A stretch of DNA of 20,000 nt. Source: Candidatus Delongbacteria bacterium. GTDB taxonomy: Bacteria > UBA4055. Position numbers and translations under genes: made by a program. Location: assembly GCA_016937995.1 (NCBI GenBank), contig JAFGVM010000057.1, forward strand, positions 61,526-81,525, written 5' to 3'. Below are positions 1 through 6,845 of this stretch, in pieces. Below the pieces are notes generated by a model. It saw nothing but the letters and a program-made list of their open reading frames with translations, searched no databases and was not told the origin of the DNA. Every line of letters begins with the position of its first letter. Positions within the stretch are counted from its first letter, which is position 1.

Positions 1-216
1 CCAGTTTCAATAATGGCTGAAACTTTCAGGACAGGAAAGGTTAGCGGTGAGGATATCGTAAAGCTGATCAGAAAGCATTTTGACCTTACACCGAAAGGTA
101 TTATTAAGAAATTAGACTTAAGAAAACCTGTGTTCAAAGAAACAGCTGCTTATGGTCATTTTGGAAGGGATCAGTTCAGTTGGGAAAAACTTGATATGGT
201 GGATAAACTGGCATAG
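1..216 (+). CDS. metK: S-adenosylmethionine synthetase, C-terminal part (gene starts upstream of window)
   Basis: Frame +1 is open from base 1: [13 protein letters not shown]...[17 protein letters not shown]...[13 protein letters not shown], the classic MetK C-terminus. Stop TAG at 214-216. Confidence 0.96.
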   Translation, partial: PVSIMAETFRTGKVSGEDIVKLIRKHFDLTPKGIIKKLDLRKPVFKETAAYGHFGRDQFSWEKLDMVDKLA

Positions 217-223
217 CAATAAT

Positions 224-254
224 CAATGTCCAACACGGAATATCCAATTATGAA
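224..254. repeat. Dispersed intergenic repeat, copy 1
   Basis: caatgtccaacacggaatatccaattatgaa matches 12964-12994 at 27/31 nt, including an exact 17-mer (231-247 = 12971-12987). Confidence 0.8.
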
Positions 255-261
255 GGGATTT

Positions 262-290
262 GTAAGGGCACAACAATTTGTGACCGATAC
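262..290. repeat. REP-like imperfect palindrome
   Basis: GTAAGGGCACAA-caat-TTGTGACCGATAC: a GTA-headed hairpin resembling GTAG-type REP sequences. Confidence 0.45.
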
Positions 291-302
291 ACATAAAAGA
301 AC

Positions 303-845
303 ATGAAAAAACTTTTTATAATAATATTACTTCTCAACTTTATAGCCTTATTTTCAGGTGAGTTCGACCTGTTCAAAGAAAAAAAGGCGCAGGATCAAAG
401 TTTGTACAAGGACCTGAAACACAATAAAATAAGATTGTCCTATACTCTGTTCCCTGCAAGCTACAATAAAATTGGTTTTGCAGTAGAAGAATACATAACG
501 AAAAGACTTGGTTTTATGATCGAAGCTGATTTTTCAGATGAAGGATCAACCATGAAGGAAAAAGCTGAGATAATAATTGCAGGATCTTACCGTCTTACAA
601 AAAGAGTTAGAACTTGGGTCTTTCAGGGAAATTTAGGTCTTTCGTTCAATGATGATGTTGCTTATGATAATGGTATGAGCAAAGGATTCAGGACTAATCA
701 TATGTACGGCAGATTTACAGTTGAATACTTATTCAAGAACGGATTAGGATTTGACTTTTCCATGGTTGGAAGAATGCCAATAGAATTTGATATTAATGAG
801 GATATGTCACCTCAACATTCCATAGGAATACTTTTTAATTTCTAA
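303..845 (+). CDS. Putative small outer-membrane beta-barrel protein
   Basis: Signal peptide (MKKLFIIILLLNFIALFS), alternating amphipathic beta-strands, C-terminal IGILFNF ending in Phe. Confidence 0.65.
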   Translation: MKKLFIIILLLNFIALFSGEFDLFKEKKAQDQSLYKDLKHNKIRLSYTLFPASYNKIGFAVEEYITKRLGFMIEADFSDEGSTMKEKAEIIIAGSYRLTKRVRTWVFQGNLGLSFNDDVAYDNGMSKGFRTNHMYGRFTVEYLFKNGLGFDFSMVGRMPIEFDINEDMSPQHSIGILFNF

Positions 846-868
846 ATAACAAAACCGGCTGAACTAAA

Positions 869-2743
869 TTGAAATATTTTACGATACTCATACTGATATT
901 AGCATTATCATTTTTTTATGTTCTTACGATAAAAAACAGTGATTCAGAACCTGAAATTTCGAAAATTAAATTGATCTCTGAAATTGACACAAGTTTGATC
1001 GCAGAGGTTCCATACAATGATTTTTTAAAAAATATAGACATTGATGTTAAAAATTCATATTTTACAAAGAGTAATATTTTGATCGACAGTATGGAATATT
1101 TTGCTGAAGTTTTAGTAGCAAATGAAGATTCTTTGATATTCGAAATACCAAAAGAATTTAAAAATAGTGATATATATGTTGAGTTTAATTCATTTTCAAC
1201 GGTCAACTCAGGTTCTGTTTCGATAAAGCATGATCAGAAGCTAAAAAAGGTGGTCTTAGAAGAAACTACTTTTACAAAACATAGAATTTTTCTTGGCAAG
1301 GTGAAGTCAAGCATAGTTGTGCAGCAAAGTAGATCTACTTACATTTTTAATTTTAGATTATTAAGATCAGTTAAACCCCGATGGGACAGAAAAAAGAAGA
1401 AAAGCATTGTTATATTTGATATTGCTGGTCTAAAAGACAGTCTCATAAGTGATACTACAGCTTTTCCATTACTTTCAAAAATACGATCCAGATCAAAATA
1501 TTTTCCAAAAACTTTTTTGCAATCTTTAAATAGATATGAATCAAAAGTTTCATTCTTAAAATGCCTTGATACCTATTTAAATCTTGATAATTTTCCACCA
1601 TATAAGGATGAAAAAACAATAATAATGGATAGTTTGAGATATTCATCTTTGCCTGAGATCTATGATCTGTCAGGATATAATACACATTTTTACGGTAGCA
1701 GATCTGAAAATGATAACGGGATCATCACAATGTTCAATAACTCTTCTGTTTTCTTTCACGATCCCGGAAGCAACAGTCATATGATCAAAAAATTTTATAA
1801 CGATATAAACGAAAATAAAAATGCTGAAAATTTTTACTTTTTAGATCTTAATTGCGAAACAGATGACCATAATTTATACTTGAGAAATATTGATTATTTC
1901 CTGCGGGAATATTTTTTCTACGTTAAAACCAAAGTGAATCTGAATGACTACATTTTCATATTTATATCAAGTTCCTCGGATAAAATTTATGAACCTCTTA
2001 TAACTATGTTCTATTCTGAGGGTAACATTGAGCCTGTAAGAATAACAGCAAGAATAAATTTAACTGATGTTGCCAAAACGATCCTTAATTATTCAAAATT
2101 AAGATCCCCTGATCATTTTAACGGTAATGATCTAAGTTCTACATCAGAAATTGAAAGCAGAATGAGTATTTTAGGATCAGAACTCGATACACTGATATTT
2201 TATGACGAAAAGTTCATTTACAAAAAACAAAAGTACTCAGAGAATTTTAAATTAGAAACGATAGCTGAAGAAACTTATATTGTTAGAAAAAAACAGGATA
2301 TTGAACATGATTACAAAGAAGCTGTTTTACGGGAATACGAAGGTGACTATGTAAAATATTTTATATTCAGAAACAACAGTGAAAAGGTGAAGAATTATAA
2401 TATAAAAATAAATTCGAAAAGCAGATTCGTTCCATTTAATAATATTGAGGATTATTATTCTCAGAAAAAGAAACGGGGACAGTATGATCATACTTTGTCA
2501 GTGGAAGTAAAACCTTTTACCAATGATACGATCAAGCTGTTTTACAGACAGGAAGATCAGATTTTTAAAATGAAATTCGATACAAAGTTAAGATTGTCCT
2601 ATGGGGCTTTAAGCATTTTTGCAGGGGAATTGAAAGAGTTCTATGAAGAATCTGGATTTGGTAGAGATCGTACTGTTTACAATAAACAGGAAGTTTTTCA
2701 GGATTATGATGTTAAAATATTCAATAGAAGAATAAATTTTTGA
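869..2743 (+). CDS. Membrane-anchored sulfatase/alkaline-phosphatase-fold protein, apparently lacking catalytic motifs
   Basis: N-terminal hydrophobic anchor, TTG start. Scaffold segments resemble sulfatases (SIVIFDIAGL; SLPEIYDLSGYNTHFYG; INLTDVAKTILNYSKL..PDHFNGNDL), but there is no C/SxPxR and the SDHG motif reads SSSS. Confidence 0.55.
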   Translation: MKYFTILILILALSFFYVLTIKNSDSEPEISKIKLISEIDTSLIAEVPYNDFLKNIDIDVKNSYFTKSNILIDSMEYFAEVLVANEDSLIFEIPKEFKNSDIYVEFNSFSTVNSGSVSIKHDQKLKKVVLEETTFTKHRIFLGKVKSSIVVQQSRSTYIFNFRLLRSVKPRWDRKKKKSIVIFDIAGLKDSLISDTTAFPLLSKIRSRSKYFPKTFLQSLNRYESKVSFLKCLDTYLNLDNFPPYKDEKTIIMDSLRYSSLPEIYDLSGYNTHFYGSRSENDNGIITMFNNSSVFFHDPGSNSHMIKKFYNDINENKNAENFYFLDLNCETDDHNLYLRNIDYFLREYFFYVKTKVNLNDYIFIFISSSSDKIYEPLITMFYSEGNIEPVRITARINLTDVAKTILNYSKLRSPDHFNGNDLSSTSEIESRMSILGSELDTLIFYDEKFIYKKQKYSENFKLETIAEETYIVRKKQDIEHDYKEAVLREYEGDYVKYFIFRNNSEKVKNYNIKINSKSRFVPFNNIEDYYSQKKKRGQYDHTLSVEVKPFTNDTIKLFYRQEDQIFKMKFDTKLRLSYGALSIFAGELKEFYEESGFGRDRTVYNKQEVFQDYDVKIFNRRINF

Positions 2744-2773
2744 ACAAGGCAACATTCCTTATTACTTTTTATA

Positions 2774-2802
2774 TTGCCAATAGCCTTAGTTTTAGTTATA
2801 AT
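2774..2802 (+). promoter_or_regulatory. Sigma70-type promoter
   Basis: TTGCCA (2774-2779), 17-nt spacer, TATAAT (2797-2802), upstream of the GGAGGAG RBS and ATG 2858. Confidence 0.7.
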
Positions 2803-2857
2803 AGTAAATTATTGGATAATGTATGATAAATATAAATTTGTTTGTTCGGAGGAGAGA

Positions 2858-4414
2858 ATGAAAAAAATAATCACACTGGTATTGGTCCTTACGACTTTTG
2901 TTTTGACCGCTGCAATGGAAGAATATGACAGGAAATCAATATCTATTTTTAAAATGGATGTAACTCCTGCAGCTATCACTGCTACTCAGTCAGATGTCCA
3001 AATGATCTACGACGCGGTATTTCAAAAATTTACGAACATGGGAAGATTTGACTATAATCCCATACCAGCTGGAGTTACTAACGCTTCAGAACTTTTTGAG
3101 ATCGTAAAGGAATACACTGCAACAAAGATCGAAGAAAGAGCTGCAAAACAGTGGGATATAAAGAATGAGTATTACGGAACTAATTTTGTAACAGGAGAGA
3201 ACGTTGATAAGATAATGAACGGTGCATACATTCTCTTTCCTAGATTAAACGCATTCGCTGTTACAAAGAAAAAGAAAGGTGACGACTTTACAGCTTCGGT
3301 TTCTGTTTCAGTTGATGTCTATGCGGGAAAAAATACCGGTACAGTGGAAAATCCACAATGGACACCTGAATTGGTTAAGACTATAAATGCATCAGGTTCA
3401 AATGCTCTTGGAAGTTTATTTGATATTAACCTGAATCCAAAAAAGAAAGATAAGAGGAGCGAAGCGATAAAATCAGCTACGAATGGAATGCTTTTGTTTT
3501 TGGAAAAGGAGCTGAAGAAAATTGATGCTTTTAAAATAAAAGCTCTTGTAACTAAAGCTGAACCAAAGAAAGATAAAATAGCTTTTAATTTTGGAAAGAA
3601 CGTTGGTGTTAACGTTGACGATGCTTACACAGTTGGATATTTTATGAACAAAGGCGGTAAGCAGGAGTTCGTAGAAACAGGTTATATGAAAGTAAGAAAA
3701 GTCGACGACAAAGAATCAACTTCACAGCTTCTTATAGTTACAAATCCAAAGAATGAAAAAGAAGATGACCTTTTTAATGAGTACGATCAATGTTATGAAT
3801 ATCCTTTGGTTGGATTGAATATTTTTGTTCAGGGAGGTATGAACAGTTTTAAATTTTGGTCAGAAGATGCAGATTTTACTTCAACTCCTATAGTGGATTT
3901 AGAGGAAGAATCTATAACTGCTTTTGGTGGTTTAAATTTAGAATACGATATAGCAAAATTTGTTAAGATCCCTGAGTTGTATATTAATGCTACGTATGAT
4001 TTTTTGCCTGTTGAATTAGGTAATATAACTGAAATTGTAAATAGTGTATTGTACACTTATGAATATAGTGTAACTACTGGTATTGCTGAACTTGGATTTA
4101 CTAAGAAATTTTTTAGTAGAAGACTCGGATGGTATTTTGGAGCGGATGTAGGTTATATGATGATGAGTTTTGATCAAGGTGATGATACTACAAATGATTA
4201 TTATTCGGTAGGTGGTAAAGCAAAAGTAGGTATAAACTATATGCTTGATAAGCAATTACTTTTTGACTTAGGAGCAGGATATAGATTCTATGGTGAGTTA
4301 ACTGACGAAGATGGAAATGAAGTATTTGAAGCATGGGGTCCAGATTATGAAGGTGAAGGATGGTTAACACCTTCTGGATTTGTTGTTAGAGCAGGTTTAG
4401 GATTTACATTATAA
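2858..4414 (+). CDS. Secreted/outer-membrane protein: N-terminal periplasmic domain, FlgT-C-like middle domain, C-terminal beta-barrel
   Basis: Start moved to ATG 2858 (GGAGGAG RBS, signal peptide MKKIITLVLVLTTFVLTA). Middle segment IAFNFGKNVGVNVDDAYTV...GYMKVRKV resembles FlgT_C. The C-terminal ~190 aa are amphipathic beta-strands ending RAGLGFTL. Confidence 0.6.
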   Translation: MKKIITLVLVLTTFVLTAAMEEYDRKSISIFKMDVTPAAITATQSDVQMIYDAVFQKFTNMGRFDYNPIPAGVTNASELFEIVKEYTATKIEERAAKQWDIKNEYYGTNFVTGENVDKIMNGAYILFPRLNAFAVTKKKKGDDFTASVSVSVDVYAGKNTGTVENPQWTPELVKTINASGSNALGSLFDINLNPKKKDKRSEAIKSATNGMLLFLEKELKKIDAFKIKALVTKAEPKKDKIAFNFGKNVGVNVDDAYTVGYFMNKGGKQEFVETGYMKVRKVDDKESTSQLLIVTNPKNEKEDDLFNEYDQCYEYPLVGLNIFVQGGMNSFKFWSEDADFTSTPIVDLEEESITAFGGLNLEYDIAKFVKIPELYINATYDFLPVELGNITEIVNSVLYTYEYSVTTGIAELGFTKKFFSRRLGWYFGADVGYMMMSFDQGDDTTNDYYSVGGKAKVGINYMLDKQLLFDLGAGYRFYGELTDEDGNEVFEAWGPDYEGEGWLTPSGFVVRAGLGFTL

Positions 4415-4440
4415 TATTTTTTAATAAAACAGGGGTTCTT

Positions 4441-5556
4441 ATGAAACTCAGAAAAATTATTATCATGCTGGTAGTTTTCAGCATTACAATGATCTACGCA
4501 CAGGCAAGTCAATATTCACATGACCACAATGTAACTGAAGTTGAAGTCAGTGGATACGGCTCATCCGTTCAGGTTGCTATTCAGGCAGCACAAAGAGAAG
4601 CTATATCAACTGCAATAGGTACATTTTTGACATCTGAGACAGAAATGCAGAATTACATGACAGTCAAAGACAAGATCCTTTCAAAAAGTGAAGGATTTGT
4701 AAAGTCCTTTGATGTGATCGACAGAGTAAAAGAAGCTGACGGTGGATGGACAGTAACAATAAAAGCAGCAGTTGCTAAAGATATGATCCTGACGGACCTT
4801 GAAGCACTGGGTGTTCTTTTATCTCAGCTGGATAATCCTTCAATAGTAGTTTTCTACGCACCGAAAGGAGAGCAGTATCATCCAAGATATACTGAACAGG
4901 CTATCAATCAGATCAATCAGTATTTTACAACATTCAGGTATGATGTGTATGATCTTGATCAATTGAACGCTATGATAGAAGATGATATCTCTATGAAAGA
5001 AGTCGGGTTGAACGAAGAAGTATCGATGGCTGAAATTTTGGCAAAGAAATTGAAATCAGATATTTATGTAACTGTAGCACTTATGCTGGAAGACCTAGGT
5101 AACGGTAAAAAGAAAGCTAAAGCTACTGCTAAGATATTCAATGCTTCAACAGCAAAATTACTGGGTGTACAGAACGGATACAGTGACGAGATCTATGGAA
5201 ATAACACTGCTCAGGATGCAAATATTGATCAGGCTGTTAAAAAACTTATGCCGCTTATTATGAACCAGGTTAAAGGTTACTGGAAACTTCAGCTGGATAA
5301 AGGTAAGCAGTACGTAATCATGTTCAGTAAACTTCCTAAAGGGAGAAAAGTTAAGAAGGCAATTACTGACGTTCTGTCTTCAGAGGCAAAAGAAATAAAG
5401 AAAGTTTCGACTACTGAATATCAGGTTTGGATCAGCGGTTCTATCGACGATTATATTGATGCAATCGGTGACGGAGTTCAAAATCAGATCTATGAAGGTA
5501 AGGATTTTGATTATGAGAATAGGGGAGACAGGATAAACATTTTCCCAGTGGAATAA
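4441..5556 (+). CDS. Secreted FlgT-N/LPP20-like domain protein (paralog A)
   Basis: Signal peptide. VEVSGYG...AIQAAQREAISTAIGTFLTSETEMQNY...DKILSKSEGFVKSFDVI...TVTIKAAV is the FlgT N-terminal-like pattern. Strong paralog of 11734-12948. Confidence 0.65.
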   Translation: MKLRKIIIMLVVFSITMIYAQASQYSHDHNVTEVEVSGYGSSVQVAIQAAQREAISTAIGTFLTSETEMQNYMTVKDKILSKSEGFVKSFDVIDRVKEADGGWTVTIKAAVAKDMILTDLEALGVLLSQLDNPSIVVFYAPKGEQYHPRYTEQAINQINQYFTTFRYDVYDLDQLNAMIEDDISMKEVGLNEEVSMAEILAKKLKSDIYVTVALMLEDLGNGKKKAKATAKIFNASTAKLLGVQNGYSDEIYGNNTAQDANIDQAVKKLMPLIMNQVKGYWKLQLDKGKQYVIMFSKLPKGRKVKKAITDVLSSEAKEIKKVSTTEYQVWISGSIDDYIDAIGDGVQNQIYEGKDFDYENRGDRINIFPVE

Positions 5557-5675
5557 TGTTAAAATCTTTGAATTTCTGCGTCAGATAGCTTTCCTTTTCG
5601 AAGTCACTTAGGTCTGACTAAGTTCCTTCTTAATTTAAGCCATCTTCCTTGAACTTCTTTGCTTTTAAACATTAT
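5552..5675 (+). ncRNA. ssrS: 6S RNA-like ncRNA, copy A
   Basis: Rod with a large central bubble: AATAATGTT/AACATTATT closing stem, AGATAGCTT/AAGCCATCT, GAAG/CTTC, ACTTAG/CTAAGT. The 3' bubble carries CCTTGAAC as in E. coli 6S. Homologous to 15853-15966. The closing stem may extend to about 5538-5691. Confidence 0.6.
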
Positions 5676-5691
5676 TGTGTTTTTTGGAATG

Positions 5692-5718
5692 AGGGTGTAA
5701 TTTATTACGCCCTTTTTT
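5692..5718 (+). terminator. Intrinsic terminator
   Basis: AGGGTGTAA-ttta-TTACGCCCT followed by a T-run. Confidence 0.8.
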
Positions 5719-5732
5719 CATTAATTCATTTC

Positions 5733-5761
5733 TTGACTATTCATACCAGATTTGTTAAAAT
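5733..5761 (+). promoter_or_regulatory. Sigma70-type promoter with extended -10 for the riboswitch operon
   Basis: TTGACT (5733-5738), 17 nt, TAAAAT (5756-5761) preceded by TGn. Confidence 0.75.
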
Positions 5762-5790
5762 TCCGATCGTAGTTAAATTGAAATAAATAA

Positions 5791-5887
5791 AAGTTCTGAA
5801 GTCCGAAATCCTAAGGTCGTTACTATGGATCAGGACCGATGGGTCGCTCTCGAAAGGGAACGGTCTCCCGTGCTTGGAAAGGAGCTG
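5791..5887 (+). promoter_or_regulatory. Moco RNA motif riboswitch, P3-less (Tuco/tungsten-cofactor-type) variant
   Basis: P1 AGTTCT/GGAGCT sequesters the RBS. P2 is GTCC..ATCC-TAAG..CTAT-GGAT..GGAC. P4 is GGGTCG-CTCTC-GAAA-GGGAA-CGGTCT with a GNRA loop. The hallmark 3' CTCCCGTGCTTGGAAAGGAG compares with E. coli moaA leader CTCCCGTATCTGGAAAGGTG. Only 4 nt separate P2 and P4, so there is no P3. Confidence 0.85.
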
Positions 5888-5889
5888 AA

Positions 5890-6012
5890 ATGAAAAATAT
5901 CAATACCTACTGTTTTATATTTGCAGTTACAACCCCCAATACATATTTTAATTCGGAAATTTTTCCAAGCATGAACTTTTATTTCCCTGAGTTTAAAATT
6001 TCTAAATTATAA
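5890..6012 (+). CDS. Putative 40-aa leader peptide directly under riboswitch RBS control
   Basis: ATG 5 nt after the riboswitch GGAG. Translates MKNINTYCFIFAVTTPNTYFNSEIFPSMNFYFPEFKISKL*. Below the ORF-track length cutoff. Confidence 0.45.
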   Translation: MKNINTYCFIFAVTTPNTYFNSEIFPSMNFYFPEFKISKL

Positions 6013-6029
6013 AACAAAAGGAGAGAAAA

Positions 6030-6845
6030 ATGTTAAAGAAAATGACTGTTGCACTTTTTAGTGTGCTAATGATTATGTCCATCTTCACTGCTTGCACAGA
6101 TGAAAGTGATCCGGTAGCACCCGTAATTACGCCTGATGATACAATAATGTTAACTGTTGATGAAACTATTGATTCAACTTCTGCGTTTGAGTTCAAAGTA
6201 TCGACTGAAGATGTTACAAGAATCAAGATCTATTGGACGGAACTAGGAAGTGTTAATAATTCAGGTGAGACCGGAGATATTCAGGTATCAGTTTTAAAAA
6301 TGGATGGAGTTTCTCCGTATAAAATAATTGCAAATAGTAAAGATTTCATTAGAAAAGATAACAGTGAGATAGATGATCCTAAAGAAGTTTATGTTGATGC
6401 TGTCGAGGATACCCTGATAGTCAAAGTAGAACAAAAAACCGTACCTGGTACCTTCAAGCTCGTTGTCCAGAAAAATCCTGTTATTTTCTCTGTAAATGAT
6501 TCACTGATCGTTGATTCAGATATAAAAGATTATGAAGTATTCGTGAAAAATGCGGATAAAGCAATAATATACTGGCAGGAATTAGGTACATCTGAAGTGG
6601 GAAATGATAAAACTGCAAATGTTCAGGGGTCAGTTTACCAAATGGATTGGTTGACAGCTTACAAGCAGATCGAGAATGGTAAGGACTTTGAAGATAAAGA
6701 TAACAGCTCATGGGATAATCCTAAAGAAATCCTATTGGACAAAGGTGAGAATTTTATAAATGTAAGAATTGAAATGCTTGAGGATACAGGTGGTGTAATC
6801 GGTACATTCGGTCTGTTCGTTGTGGATACAAGTGATGAGGATTAG
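6030..6845 (+). CDS. Acidic lipoprotein with two tandem homologous beta-rich domains
   Basis: AAGGAG RBS, lipobox-like IFTA-C. Internal repeat: IKIYWTELG...YKIIANSKDFIRKDNSEIDDPKEV versus IIYWQELG...YKQIENGKDFEDKDNSSWDNPKEI. Confidence 0.8.
   Translation: MLKKMTVALFSVLMIMSIFTACTDESDPVAPVITPDDTIMLTVDETIDSTSAFEFKVSTEDVTRIKIYWTELGSVNNSGETGDIQVSVLKMDGVSPYKIIANSKDFIRKDNSEIDDPKEVYVDAVEDTLIVKVEQKTVPGTFKLVVQKNPVIFSVNDSLIVDSDIKDYEVFVKNADKAIIYWQELGTSEVGNDKTANVQGSVYQMDWLTAYKQIENGKDFEDKDNSSWDNPKEILLDKGENFINVRIEMLEDTGGVIGTFGLFVVDTSDED

Noticed and set aside
2774-2857. ORF-track N-terminal extension from TTG 2774
   Set aside because: It overlaps a consensus promoter. ATG 2858 has a strong RBS and begins a signal peptide.
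5559-5672. Minus-strand mini-ORF with an in-frame TGA (MFKSKEVQGRWLKLRRNLVRPK*LRKGK...), possible selenopeptide
   Set aside because: The homologous copy at 15853-15966 has indels that break the frame and no TGA there. The conservation follows base-pairing rather than codons.
5552-5675. Integron attC interpretation of the repeated hairpins
   Set aside because: The ends are GTT...AAC, the reverse of the attC order RYYYAAC...GTTRRRY. There is no integrase, and one copy sits among housekeeping genes.
6820-6834. TTG start for the TBDR
   Set aside because: ATG 6835 gives a more typical signal peptide and a shorter overlap, though neither start has a strong RBS.
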